From: Candidatus Woesebacteria bacterium RIFCSPLOWO2_01_FULL_39_23
GTDB lineage: Bacteria > Patescibacteriota > Microgenomatia > UBA8517
DNA length: 64,000 bases
NCBI GenBank assembly: GCA_001793095.1
Contig: MGHG01000005.1
Location: 6,569-70,568 of the forward strand
Direction: 5' to 3'
Part shown: positions 17,974 through 27,984 of the stretch, one piece after another
How positions within the stretch are numbered: the stretch's first letter is position 1
How the letters are laid out: each line of letters opens with the position of its first letter
Position numbers and translations under genes: made by a program
The notes under the pieces: model-generated
Databases searched by the model: none
What the model was told of the DNA's origin: nothing
What the model saw: the letters and a program-made list of their open reading frames with translations, nothing else

Positions 17974-20562
17974 TTAACATTCCGAGTATCCACATGCTTG
18001 GCATTTGGAGCAGCCTTCCTCATAAACCAATGCACTTGCACCGCAGGATGGGCAGATATCTCCAACACCCTTAATATCCGCAAGGCTAAGTTGGTTTGCA
18101 GACATATTTTCTTGCACTTCTGCAACTCCCCCAGGATGAAGACTAAAGTTCGTTACCCCATTCGTGTTTATTCCTCCGTTCCCGTTTGTAACTAAGTAAC
18201 TCTTACCATCCCCCTCCGTTTTGTGATTATTGTCAATTTCATCCGGTTTTACATTTTCGTAACCCTCCCGTCCCTTGAGAAAGCCATTAATTCTGAAGCC
18301 AAAATGAAGCGAAAGTGCCATTGCGATAGCATCCGGGAGTGACAATACTTTATTAGGCCCAAAACCCACGGACCGTCTCCCTCCAATACCGGCTAGCTGG
18401 AGAGCAATCTCTTTTGCCCGATCAACCGGCCTAAGATCACTTCTAAAACGTAGTGCCGTTGATATTGTTCTGCCTAAGGCTTCCGACATTGCTGCAACAT
18501 CGCTTCCGGCTTTTCCTACGTTGACAAAAAGTTCTAAGGGTTCCTGCTTCTCGTCTTGATTTATTGTCACAAAAGCAGTTCCAACAGGCGTATTAAGCCG
18601 ATAAGTTGCACCTGTAACCTTAAATGGCCTACTAATAGTTGACTCTTTAGGTAATTCCTTCTTCTTTTTGTCATTAATTCCTAAATTAAGAACTTGAGCG
18701 GCTTTGCAGCCATCTCTGAAAACAGTTACTCCCTTACAATCCGTCTCCCAAGCCAATAGATATGCCTCTTTTATATCCGATACATTGGTTTCATTTCTCA
18801 TATTAATAGTCTTACTCACGGCATTTTCCGTATATTTCTGGAATGCTGCCTGGTGCCTGATATGCCAATCGTGGTTAATTTCGTGGGCAGTACCAAAGAC
18901 TCTCTTGACGTCATCCGGCACCCCGTCAACTTCTCTTACAACTCCATGTTCGCCGATTTTTCTTTTTAACTCATCCGTCCAAAAGCCTCTTCTTTTCGCT
19001 ACCTCTTCAAACTTTGGATTTACAAACGTCAGGGTTCTATCCAGACTTTTATCTTTAACAATATGCTGGTATGCAATTGCAAATAGGGGTTCGATGCCGC
19101 TACTCGCTCCTGCCAGTATTGAAATCGAACCTGTCGGGGCAATAGTTGTAACGGTCGAATTTCTTCGCGGTTTTCCATTTTTATAAATACTAACTCCCCA
19201 GAGCGGAAATGGCCCGCGGTCCTTTGCCAACTCGTGAGTGGCGGCAACAGACTCTGTCTCAATAACTTTCATAATTTTTTCCCCAAGCGTTAAGGCTTCT
19301 TCCGAATCATAAGGAATCCCCAACTCAACCAGTAAATCCGCCCATCCCCCAACTCCAAGACCAATACGTCTAATAGCCAAAGATGTCTGGCGAATCTCTT
19401 TCAAGGGATACGGATTCATTTCAATTACGTCATCAAGAAATCGTGTTGAGACTCTCGCAACTTCTTTCAACTTTTCCCAATCAATAGACTTTTCGCCGTT
19501 ATTATCAACTACAAACTTCTGAAGAAAAATACTACCTAAATTACATGAATCATACGGATAAAGAGGTTGCTCACCACAGGGGTTGGTTGACTCAACCGGA
19601 CCGAGTGGCGGAACCGGATTTGCTGAACCTTTATTTATCCTATCCAGAAAAATTAATCCAGGATCGCCGGTTTTCCAAGCTCCTTCGGCGATTTCATCCC
19701 AAACCTTTCGAGCAGAGAGCTTTCCGACAACTCGTAAGCTTACACCTTTGTCATCCTTTTTGGGTGCAATAAGGTCGTATTCACTATCGTTTTTGAGAGC
19801 CTCCATAAAGGCATCAGTAATTGCAACAGATATATTGAAATTGGTAATTCCTCCTTCTTCCTTACAATGAATGAATTCAAGAATATCCGGATGATCAACT
19901 CTTAATATTCCCATATTTGCCCCACGCCTTTTACCACCCTGTTTTATTTCGTTTGTCGCAGCGTCAAATATCTTCATAAAAGACACGGGGCCTGAGGCAA
20001 TTCCTCGGCTTGACCGCACTATTTCTCCATGCGGCCGTAATCGACTGAAAGCAAAACCCGTTCCCCCTCCCGTTTGGTGTATCAAAGCCTGATATTTAAT
20101 AGCGTCAAAAATACCAACTAGCGAATCTTCAACAGGAAGAACAAAACAAGCAGAATATTGTAGACCGTTACCCGTTCCCGCATTCATCAGGGTCGGAGAA
20201 TTCGGGAGAAATTCATGAGTTACCAGAAGATTGTAAAACCTGCGTGCAGTTGTTAAAACCTCACTTTTTGTTTTACCCCAACAAACCTCAGCCGATGCGA
20301 TATCCCAAGCAACCCGCCAACATAACTCTTCGGGAGTTTCGATAACTTGTCCATCCTCATTCCTGCGCAGATATCTCTCACTGAGAACCCTTAAAGACTG
20401 CTCAGTCCATTCTCCCTTGGGCAAATCGGAAGGTACATCAGGCCTTTTTCCAAGTTTTTTATGCAATTTCTCGACGAGTTCCCCGTACGTAGGAAAGTTA
20501 AGATGCTCTAAACTAAGTTCCGAGTGGCCGTTGCTTTTAATTTTTTTAATTTTTTTGGACAT
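17974..20562 (-). CDS. nrdJ: class II ribonucleotide reductase with C-terminal TSCPD-like domain and Zn ribbon
   Basis: FLPNSPTLMNAG, SACFV, TNPCGEQPL, SCNLGS, TIAPTGSIS, CPSCG...EEGC..C..CG.S.C. Confidence 0.95.
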   Translation of the reverse strand: MSKKIKKIKSNGHSELSLEHLNFPTYGELVEKLHKKLGKRPDVPSDLPKGEWTEQSLRVLSERYLRRNEDGQVIETPEELCWRVAWDIASAEVCWGKTKSEVLTTARRFYNLLVTHEFLPNSPTLMNAGTGNGLQYSACFVLPVEDSLVGIFDAIKYQALIHQTGGGTGFAFSRLRPHGEIVRSSRGIASGPVSFMKIFDAATNEIKQGGKRRGANMGILRVDHPDILEFIHCKEEGGITNFNISVAITDAFMEALKNDSEYDLIAPKKDDKGVSLRVVGKLSARKVWDEIAEGAWKTGDPGLIFLDRINKGSANPVPPLGPVESTNPCGEQPLYPYDSCNLGSIFLQKFVVDNNGEKSIDWEKLKEVARVSTRFLDDVIEMNPYPLKEIRQTSLAIRRIGLGVGGWADLLVELGIPYDSEEALTLGEKIMKVIETESVAATHELAKDRGPFPLWGVSIYKNGKPRRNSTVTTIAPTGSISILAGASSGIEPLFAIAYQHIVKDKSLDRTLTFVNPKFEEVAKRRGFWTDELKRKIGEHGVVREVDGVPDDVKRVFGTAHEINHDWHIRHQAAFQKYTENAVSKTINMRNETNVSDIKEAYLLAWETDCKGVTVFRDGCKAAQVLNLGINDKKKKELPKESTISRPFKVTGATYRLNTPVGTAFVTINQDEKQEPLELFVNVGKAGSDVAAMSEALGRTISTALRFRSDLRPVDRAKEIALQLAGIGGRRSVGFGPNKVLSLPDAIAMALSLHFGFRINGFLKGREGYENVKPDEIDNNHKTEGDGKSYLVTNGNGGINTNGVTNFSLHPGGVAEVQENMSANQLSLADIKGVGDICPSCGASALVYEEGCSKCQACGYSEC

Positions 20563-20569
20563 ATTATTC

Positions 20570-21010
20570 TTATTCTTTTATCGCCTTAGCGAAATCTTCT
20601 AAATCTTCAAACTGCAAATAGACACTTGCAAATCTAAGCCAAGCTACTTTGTCTATCCTTCTAAGCCTCTTTAATACTGCCTTCCCTATCGATTTACTGC
20701 TGACCTCTTCTTTCTGGCTTCTTAGCATCTCTCTTTCGACACTCTCGACCAAATCGTTAATAAAATCCATTGAAATTGGTCTTTTTTCGACTGCTCTAAG
20801 AACCCCTCTTTTTACTTTCTCTTTGTCAAACGACTCTCTTCTGCCGTCTTTTTTTATTACCCAGAGAGCGGACCCTCCAACTTTTTCGTAAGTTGTAAAA
20901 CGTTTTTTACACTTAAGACATTCTCGCCTTCTTCTTATTGATTTCCCCTCGTCTACGGTTCTTGATTCGAGTACTTGAGTATCCCTGGCTGCACAAAACG
21001 GACATTTCAT
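20570..21010 (-). CDS. nrdR: transcriptional repressor NrdR
   Basis: MKCPFC...RRRRECLKC..RFTTYE plus ATP cone; start at ATG 21010. Confidence 0.97.
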   Translation of the reverse strand: MKCPFCAARDTQVLESRTVDEGKSIRRRRECLKCKKRFTTYEKVGGSALWVIKKDGRRESFDKEKVKRGVLRAVEKRPISMDFINDLVESVEREMLRSQKEEVSSKSIGKAVLKRLRRIDKVAWLRFASVYLQFEDLEDFAKAIKE

Positions 21011-21033
21011 ATTTTCATAGATGAAAACAAATA

Positions 21034-21080
21034 TCACTACCCCTAGTGTCTAGAGACTATTTAACCACCAGATATTGAAT
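21034..21080. promoter_or_regulatory. tandem NrdR boxes
   Basis: TCACTACCCCTAGTGT (21034-21049) and CCACCAGATATTGAAT (21065-21080), 31 bp apart, directly upstream of nrdR-nrdJ-nrdJ. Confidence 0.6.
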
Positions 21081-21231
21081 AGTCAACTAGTAATATATAT
21101 GTCAAAAAATATCAACTGCCGCATGTTGTGAAGCTAAAAATTGAACATTAAATGAAGAATTTGCAGGATTATTATGGGGTAGAGTTGGGACTGAATCCAC
21201 ACATCCAATAATAATTATTCAATAATAAAAA

Positions 21232-21864
21232 TTATTGCCAATTAAAGGGATTATCCGGGGGGGCGATTCCCTTTTCCAGAAGTGCGTTACGTGACCTCTC
21301 GTATACTTTTGTTGAAATGTTCTGGGTAACTTTTAACCCCGCAATTGCATCTTCCGGTGCCGTTGCCAGAATTGCGTCAATCACCTCATAATGCTTAAGG
21401 GATGCATTCGCGAGTCTTTTCACAAGTTCTGTAGTATCTACTCCCTCTTTCCTGATTTTCTCCTCTTCGATTGATGCTTCTTCCATGTACTTCTCGCCTT
21501 TTGTCAAAGTTGAATATGCAACTTCGGGTTTTCCCTTATCGAACAGGATCTTGCTTGCCCCCAACCTTTTATCGGAAAACAAAAGAAGAAGCTCTATTTT
21601 TTTTGTTTTATTCGTCGTCAATAATAACCAAACCCTGTCCCTAGCAGCTTTAATTCTCCAAAGCGGACTATCAGGCAAAACCTTCCCGGGGTAGGCTAAG
21701 TAATAAATAATTGAATAAGACTTATTACCTGATACCATATTCAGATCTAAACCTTTTCCCTGGCCAAATTCATACTTAACAGAGGCTGTACGAAGTATTG
21801 ATATAAATAGTATCCCAAAAGCAAAAAAAAGCGTTGCTACAACAAAAATAATCTTGCGCCACAT
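21232..21864 (-). CDS. DUF5667-like membrane-anchored protein
   Basis: TM plus VLPDSPLW.IK..RD.V.L.LT...K....L..SDKRL. Confidence 0.65.
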   Translation of the reverse strand: MWRKIIFVVATLFFAFGILFISILRTASVKYEFGQGKGLDLNMVSGNKSYSIIYYLAYPGKVLPDSPLWRIKAARDRVWLLLTTNKTKKIELLLLFSDKRLGASKILFDKGKPEVAYSTLTKGEKYMEEASIEEEKIRKEGVDTTELVKRLANASLKHYEVIDAILATAPEDAIAGLKVTQNISTKVYERSRNALLEKGIAPPDNPFNWQ

Positions 21865-22037
21865 TGAGGTAGTTTATCTTAAATCCGTGCTCTTCTTAAG
21901 TCAAGGAATCAGATAGTCTCATTCGGAGAAACAGAAAACTCAGAATACTCGGGGAATCTGAATATCAGACACTCCGATTAGGTAAAATCATCGGTCTATC
22001 AGACTATCTGAATCTCCGATTTTTCAGAGTATTCTGA

Positions 22038-22685
22038 TTATCTGAAAAGAATTACTGGCCATTCCCAGAGAACATGCAGGAGAATTGATGAGGCAATATT
22101 TTTTGTTCTCGCAAAGACAAAAGCGGATCCGACTCCGAAGAGAAAAATCAAACCCAGATAAATTGCAGCCGAAGGTAAGGCTAGTTTCCACAAAAATACC
22201 GCTACCGGGACATGCATGGCAGCCCAAATCAAGCTGGTTACACAATTAGCCGCCCACTCCTTCTTCAAGATAGTTAACAGCCTGTTGAAGATATAACCCC
22301 TGAAAGTCGTCTCCTCAACCGTCGCCGTTATGCAAGAAATAGCCAGACCGTAAAAAAACGGATAATTTCCGATATTTGCGGTAAAGTCAAAGCCTCGATA
22401 TTTAATGAAACTCACAATTAACCCGGCAATTCCGAAACCAGCCCCAAGAGCTAATGCAAAATAAAGCGAAGGAAATAAATTTTTAAAAGTTACACCCAGT
22501 GAAGAAACTGAAGCATGTTCTCGCTTTAGTAAATATATGATTGGAGCCAGCCAGAGAATCGGTTTTACTAACAACTCGTCAATTGGCTCCGGTAAGTTAA
22601 AGTTTGAGCGATAGACGCCCCAAACGATTAATAAATAAACCGAAAATAAAATTACATTCTTAATGAGAGGTTTCTTTTTAGACAT
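22038..22685 (-). CDS. CPBP (CAAX/Abi) intramembrane metalloprotease
   Basis: EETTFRGY, WAAMH and SILLHVLW motifs. Confidence 0.9.
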   Translation of the reverse strand: MSKKKPLIKNVILFSVYLLIVWGVYRSNFNLPEPIDELLVKPILWLAPIIYLLKREHASVSSLGVTFKNLFPSLYFALALGAGFGIAGLIVSFIKYRGFDFTANIGNYPFFYGLAISCITATVEETTFRGYIFNRLLTILKKEWAANCVTSLIWAAMHVPVAVFLWKLALPSAAIYLGLIFLFGVGSAFVFARTKNIASSILLHVLWEWPVILFR

Positions 22686-22697
22686 AAGGAAATTTTA

Positions 22698-23255
22698 CTA
22701 TGTTCTTTGCACTTTGTTGCTTGTCCTATTTATCTTACATTCCCGATAAGCGAAATCGATAGACGCAATTACCATATTTATTTTTTCCTCCGCCTCAGGA
22801 AGGCTGATCGCGTTTTTTTCATTTGGGAACCAATGAAAAAGGAGATTCCGGCACTCTTTCCAGGTTTGCCACAGATTATCTGCTAATACTTTATCTTTAG
22901 AAAATTCCACAATTTTGTCATAAACACTTTCTCGATCCCTATATTCTTTCTCAAGCGATGGATTAAGAGCCTTCCCTACTCTAAAATGTTTACCATAATA
23001 ATCATCCTCTCTAATAAAATCTAAATCTAAAAACAATGTTTTTAAAAAGCCTTCATATGCTTTTGCCGCCGGAAAAACCGCGAAAGCATAGTCATGGAAT
23101 TTAGTCCTTTTAATAGAACCCCTACCATAGCTTCGGCTTAGTTCGCTTTCCCATCTTCTGGCTGTAGTAATTAGAAGCACTGATTGCGTAAGAAGCTCTC
23201 GCAGGTCCTCGTGAATATAGCCCCACCAAGGTTTCGTTTCCAAATTATTCTCCAT
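22698..23255 (-). CDS. putative HEPN-domain protein (RnlA C-terminal-like)
   Basis: DYAFAVFPAAKAYEGFLK and R-x4-H motif RNLLFH. Confidence 0.5.
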   Translation of the reverse strand: MENNLETKPWWGYIHEDLRELLTQSVLLITTARRWESELSRSYGRGSIKRTKFHDYAFAVFPAAKAYEGFLKTLFLDLDFIREDDYYGKHFRVGKALNPSLEKEYRDRESVYDKIVEFSKDKVLADNLWQTWKECRNLLFHWFPNEKNAISLPEAEEKINMVIASIDFAYRECKINRTSNKVQRT

Positions 23256-23391
23256 GTCTTTCTCATGGTATCAAATTCTTTCGAACCAGGCAAAAAAAGA
23301 GCATAATATCATACTTGAGTTATACTCTGGGGATGAAAGCCCGGAGTTTTCTTGAATGCTGCTATAATTACTAACGACAAACAAAAATTTT

Positions 23392-25665
23392 ATGTCTAAA
23401 AAGAAAAAAGCAAAAAAATATCTAAAAAAGCTATCAAAGGTTGAAAAAATTAAATCCTCATCTAAGAAAAAGACAAAACGCGGAATTTCTAAAAGGAGAA
23501 TATTTGCAATTGCATTAATAGTAATCGCGTTAACAGGTTTTTTTGTTTGGCTTTTTTGGGGGGTCCCGCTTCCGACGAAACTAATGCAAAGTAAAGTCCC
23601 CGTCTCCTCAAAGCTATACGACAGAAATGGTAAACTAATCTACGAAATCTACGGCGATAAACGAAGCACTCCTATTGAAATCGATGAGCTTCCCAAATAC
23701 GTTATTGATGCAACAATCTCAATTGAAGATAAAGATTTTTATAAACACCACGGTTTTTCAATAGCCGGGATAACCCGGGCAGCTTTCAATACTATCTTTA
23801 AAAGAAAGCTCCAGGGAGGCTCAACTCTGACTCAACAACTCGTTAAAAACGAATTATTGTCCCCCGAGCGAACGGTAAAACGGAAAATCCGGGAATTTGC
23901 ACTCACTTTTTTTGTGGAGATAATCTACAGCAAAAAACAAATTCTCAGCCTGTACCTCAACCAAATTCCTTATGGCTCCACGGCTTACGGGGTAGGTGCT
24001 GCAAGTGAGCTATATTTTGGCAAAAATGCAAAAGACTTAAGTCTAGCTGAGGCAGCGCTCTTATCAGGACTTCCGGCAGCACCTACAAAATACTCTCCGT
24101 TTGGTGCCCATCCGGAACTTGCAAAAGGCAGACAGGAAACTGTACTTAAACGCATGGTTGAAGATAAATATATCACCCAAGAGGAAGCAGATAATGCAAA
24201 AGCTTCCTCTTTAAAATATGCTGAACCTGAAAGCTTAAGGGCACCACACTTTGCACTTTGGGTAAAAGAACTCTTAGCCGAAAAATACGGAGATTCAGTT
24301 ACAGAGCAAGGAGGACTGCGGGTCAAAACTACGCTTGACTTGGACCTACAGGAGTTGGCCGAAGCAGAAGTTGCTTCAGAGGTGGCTAAGCTTAAAAAAC
24401 TGCATGTCGGTAATGGTGCAGCTATTGTTACTCGTCCTAATTCCGGGGAAATATTAGCCATGGTGGGCAGTAAAGACTATTTTGCGCAAGATGAAGATGG
24501 GAAAGTTAATATCATTTTTGCTAATCGCCAACCCGGATCTTCCATCAAACCTTTAAATTATGCTCTCGCCTTAAAAAATAGAAAAATAACTCCAGCCACA
24601 CCTTTAGCTGATGTGCCGACTTGTTTTTCAGTTTACGGACAACGAGCTTATTGCCCGGTCAATTATGACAGAGGTTTCCACGGAGCCGTGCAGGTACGCT
24701 ATGCACTGGCTAATTCCTACAATATTCCGGCAGTCAGGGTTCTCGCTTTAAATGGTATTGAAAACTTCATAAACTTTGCCACTAAAATGGGTATAACTAC
24801 ATTTACGGACCCGAAAAATTATGGATTATCTCTTACGCTCGGCGGAGGCGAAGTAAAACCTTATGATATGGCAGAAGCTTTCGGGGTTTTTGCCAATCAA
24901 GGTATAAAAATACCACTAATTTCAATACTAAAAGTTGAAGATTACAAAGGAAAAGTTTATGAGGATGTTAATCCCGATGATATAGAAGGTGAAAGAGTTC
25001 TTGACGCTGATACGAGCTTTCTAATTTCACATATTCTCCAAGATAATGGTGCCCGTTCGGCAGCTTTCGGGAGTTCGTCATACTTAGTTGTTAAAGATCA
25101 TCCACAGGTGTCAGTAAAAACAGGAACGACAAACGACAGGCGCGACAACTGGACAATCGGCTATAACGGCCACGTACTCGCCCTCGCTTGGGTAGGCAAT
25201 AACGACAACTCCGAAATGAGCGGAGCTGTTTCAGGTGTCTCAGGCGCCTCCCCGATCTGGAATATTATCATCAAGGCAGCACTTGATAAATCAGAAGAAG
25301 GTTACTTCAACCTAAAAGATAAAAACGATGCCTGGCCAAAACAACCGGAGGGCGTAATAGGCGCTAACGTTTGTACCCCAAGCGGGAATCTGCCAAATGA
25401 CCCTAATAATCCCGGCTGTGCGACTAGATATGAATATTTCTTAAAAGACAGAGTTGGGGCGGGAATAGAAAGCGGTAACAAAGATGTTTTAATTGATAAA
25501 ACCAACCAAGCCCTCGCTTATCCCGAACTACCCCCCGAATTAACAGAAACTCAAAATCGAGCATTTCTCTTGGACCCACTTGGTACCCTGGTTTGCTTAG
25601 ACTGCCCGATAGCATCCGCTTCAGCCAAAATCAGCTACCCCATACAAGCAAAAATTGGCCAGTAA
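23392..25665 (+). CDS. bifunctional penicillin-binding protein 1A family
   Basis: EDKDFY.H.G, GGSTLTQQLVKN, SSIK, SYN, KTGT. Confidence 0.95.
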   Translation: MSKKKKAKKYLKKLSKVEKIKSSSKKKTKRGISKRRIFAIALIVIALTGFFVWLFWGVPLPTKLMQSKVPVSSKLYDRNGKLIYEIYGDKRSTPIEIDELPKYVIDATISIEDKDFYKHHGFSIAGITRAAFNTIFKRKLQGGSTLTQQLVKNELLSPERTVKRKIREFALTFFVEIIYSKKQILSLYLNQIPYGSTAYGVGAASELYFGKNAKDLSLAEAALLSGLPAAPTKYSPFGAHPELAKGRQETVLKRMVEDKYITQEEADNAKASSLKYAEPESLRAPHFALWVKELLAEKYGDSVTEQGGLRVKTTLDLDLQELAEAEVASEVAKLKKLHVGNGAAIVTRPNSGEILAMVGSKDYFAQDEDGKVNIIFANRQPGSSIKPLNYALALKNRKITPATPLADVPTCFSVYGQRAYCPVNYDRGFHGAVQVRYALANSYNIPAVRVLALNGIENFINFATKMGITTFTDPKNYGLSLTLGGGEVKPYDMAEAFGVFANQGIKIPLISILKVEDYKGKVYEDVNPDDIEGERVLDADTSFLISHILQDNGARSAAFGSSSYLVVKDHPQVSVKTGTTNDRRDNWTIGYNGHVLALAWVGNNDNSEMSGAVSGVSGASPIWNIIIKAALDKSEEGYFNLKDKNDAWPKQPEGVIGANVCTPSGNLPNDPNNPGCATRYEYFLKDRVGAGIESGNKDVLIDKTNQALAYPELPPELTETQNRAFLLDPLGTLVCLDCPIASASAKISYPIQAKIGQ

Positions 25666-26887
25666 TGCTATATTATTGGTAGTGGAAGAAGACTCTAAAT
25701 ATATTAATCGACTTCAGCTTTCAAAGGACATTATCAAGTTCAGCGCCATTGCTCTAATGCTTATAGTTTGGGCAATTGTTAGTTTTATCGCCCGGTCAAA
25801 TAAGGAACTAATTGAGAAAAATCCGAATATTTCTTCTTACGAGGAATGCGTGGCAGCACCCGGAAGCAAAATTCAGGAAAGTTATCCTTCCGTTTGTGTA
25901 GCCGTGAACGGCAAGCGCTTCGTCGAGCCGATCACCATCCAACAAACCAATTCTGAAACCATTACATCAGACTGGAAGAAATACATCAGCACAGACCAGA
26001 GCTATACACTGATCTACCCTCCAGATTGGCTTGTAAGGGCAAGTGAAAGTGTAATTGAAATTTACTATCCCAAAGCAGTCCGCCTTGATTCTTATATCTT
26101 AATCGAGTCATTCTCCGATGATTATAGTTGCGAAAAACATAGAGACACCGAAACGAAGAAAGGTGAACCGGATCCACTATCTATTCCCTCGTATTTTAAT
26201 GAGGATTATATATGGTTAGGCGATTTCATAGACAAGAAATTTACTTATTTATTTAGGAATACTTTTAAATCGGATGGAAAGATCTATCAAAGAGAATACC
26301 GTCTGATTCCACACAACAACATATGCTATACAATTGATTCATATTCCTTAAGTGAAGAGTATCTAAAAACTCACGACCAAATCCTCTCCATGTTCAAGTT
26401 TATAAATATGATAAATCCCAAGTGGAATAGACACATTAATGAAGAGTTCAATTTTTATTTTGAGTACCCTAAAGATTGGGAATTCACCGAAGATTATTAC
26501 CACCAAAGAGGATTATCAAAATACTCAGACTTGTTATATGTAAGTATTCGCCCAAAAACAATGAAGGTCGATTCTTACTGGCTAGTTAGAGTTATAAATG
26601 ATTTGAGTGTTGACGGAGTAGTACAAGATGCACTCAAAGAAAATCCCGCTTATCCGGACCGTCAAACCGAATTAGTTGCTTTCAAAGACATCACTTTCTT
26701 AAATCTACCTGCAAAACAACTCAACTATAAAGACATGATTACAGATCAATACACTAAAAAAGTTATTACACACGAATATTCTGAGACACTATTAGAAAAG
26801 GATGGTTATATATTTGTACTTCCTGCCAATTCGACAAAAAATACCGTAATGGATCAAGTTCTATCCACTTTTAGATTTATAGACTAG
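25655..26887 (+). CDS. membrane-anchored surface protein with two PsbP-like modules
   Basis: TM, YEEC....G..IQESYP.VC motif, and two W..Y...Y.P.DW ... DQ.LS.F.F modules; start uncertain. Confidence 0.7.
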   Translation: MASNAILLVVEEDSKYINRLQLSKDIIKFSAIALMLIVWAIVSFIARSNKELIEKNPNISSYEECVAAPGSKIQESYPSVCVAVNGKRFVEPITIQQTNSETITSDWKKYISTDQSYTLIYPPDWLVRASESVIEIYYPKAVRLDSYILIESFSDDYSCEKHRDTETKKGEPDPLSIPSYFNEDYIWLGDFIDKKFTYLFRNTFKSDGKIYQREYRLIPHNNICYTIDSYSLSEEYLKTHDQILSMFKFINMINPKWNRHINEEFNFYFEYPKDWEFTEDYYHQRGLSKYSDLLYVSIRPKTMKVDSYWLVRVINDLSVDGVVQDALKENPAYPDRQTELVAFKDITFLNLPAKQLNYKDMITDQYTKKVITHEYSETLLEKDGYIFVLPANSTKNTVMDQVLSTFRFID

Positions 26888-26898
26888 TTTTACTTAAA

Positions 26899-27966
26899 AT
26901 GTACAAACACTCCAAAGGTTTTATTCCTCTCATCATCCTTTTAGTCATTTCATTATTTATTTCTTTTGGTATAGGTTATTATGCATACAAAAATGGACAG
27001 ACCCGCCTGCCGGACGGTGACCTGGCAAATTGGAAAACTTTTAAGGATGAGCACTATAATTTTATATTCAAATACCCTACCAATTGGACAGTCGAAATCG
27101 ATCCCCCTTCAGCCTTGCGATCCCTCGCTATTAAAGACGAAGGGAAAATAAGAGCCATCCGCATCGACACTTCAGTTAACCTATCAATGGGACTAAGTGC
27201 ACCATGCACTCCCCCCAGATGTCAACTAGAACTCATTGAAGGAAATATCGGCAAAATAGGTATCGAATGGCGGGACAACAGTGGCTTTTCAATGCAGGGT
27301 AAAGACAATCAATCCGCCATCAGTTTTACTTTAGAGAAAATTACACCAGAAACAAAGGCTTTTTTTCGCCTTATCCTCTCCACCTTCAAGTTCTTGGATC
27401 AGGCAACGAATAAACGTACCGTCGAAGTCACACGGACAGATGGCACTAAAACTATAATTGACTTGAATTTGGCAAAAAAATACCCAGACGGAAAAGTTAA
27501 TGATGATATCTCTTCCTCTTGGATAGAAAAAACAATCCCTTCTCCCGACGAATCCAAAATAGTTGTGGTAACTTCGGATGGAGGTTCGAGTGTCTACGTG
27601 GTTTTGCTTACTTCATTTGCAAACCCCACAACCTATGAGGAAATAGGACTCAACGACACCTCTTTATTAAATAATATTGTCTGGTCTGACAATAGCCGCT
27701 ATGTGACTTTAGTCTCCAGACCTGCAGATATCGGTCCTTATAGAGTCAAAGTTTGGGATACACAAGCAAATAATATTGCTTCTATCAAAATCCAGTCAGA
27801 CCTTCTCAAGGATACCTGTGCTAGTCCATCTCTTTTCAATCCAAAATGGGTAGACAACTCAACGTTACAAGCTACCTATGAAGCCTACTACTTTGTTTCG
27901 GACGAAACCTGCCGGCCTGATCCTTCGAAACCAATCCAAAAAGGCATAACCACTATAACAATATAG
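26899..27966 (+). CDS. surface protein with pilin-like (KGF) N-terminus
   Basis: SKGFIPLIILL...GIGYYAYKNGQ; PsbP-like module plus a beta-rich C-terminal domain. Confidence 0.7.
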   Translation: MYKHSKGFIPLIILLVISLFISFGIGYYAYKNGQTRLPDGDLANWKTFKDEHYNFIFKYPTNWTVEIDPPSALRSLAIKDEGKIRAIRIDTSVNLSMGLSAPCTPPRCQLELIEGNIGKIGIEWRDNSGFSMQGKDNQSAISFTLEKITPETKAFFRLILSTFKFLDQATNKRTVEVTRTDGTKTIIDLNLAKKYPDGKVNDDISSSWIEKTIPSPDESKIVVVTSDGGSSVYVVLLTSFANPTTYEEIGLNDTSLLNNIVWSDNSRYVTLVSRPADIGPYRVKVWDTQANNIASIKIQSDLLKDTCASPSLFNPKWVDNSTLQATYEAYYFVSDETCRPDPSKPIQKGITTITI

Positions 27967-27984
27967 CAACAATCAAATTTCAAA

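Noticed and set aside
17967-18125. N-terminal extension of the second NrdJ in the ORF track
   Set aside because: It overlaps the upstream nrdJ; ATG 17966, just after the upstream stop, starts the ATP cone.
15810-20562. Inteins or introns in the nrdJ genes
   Set aside because: Both frames are continuous and of normal length, with no intein-like splice motifs or embedded endonuclease noticed.
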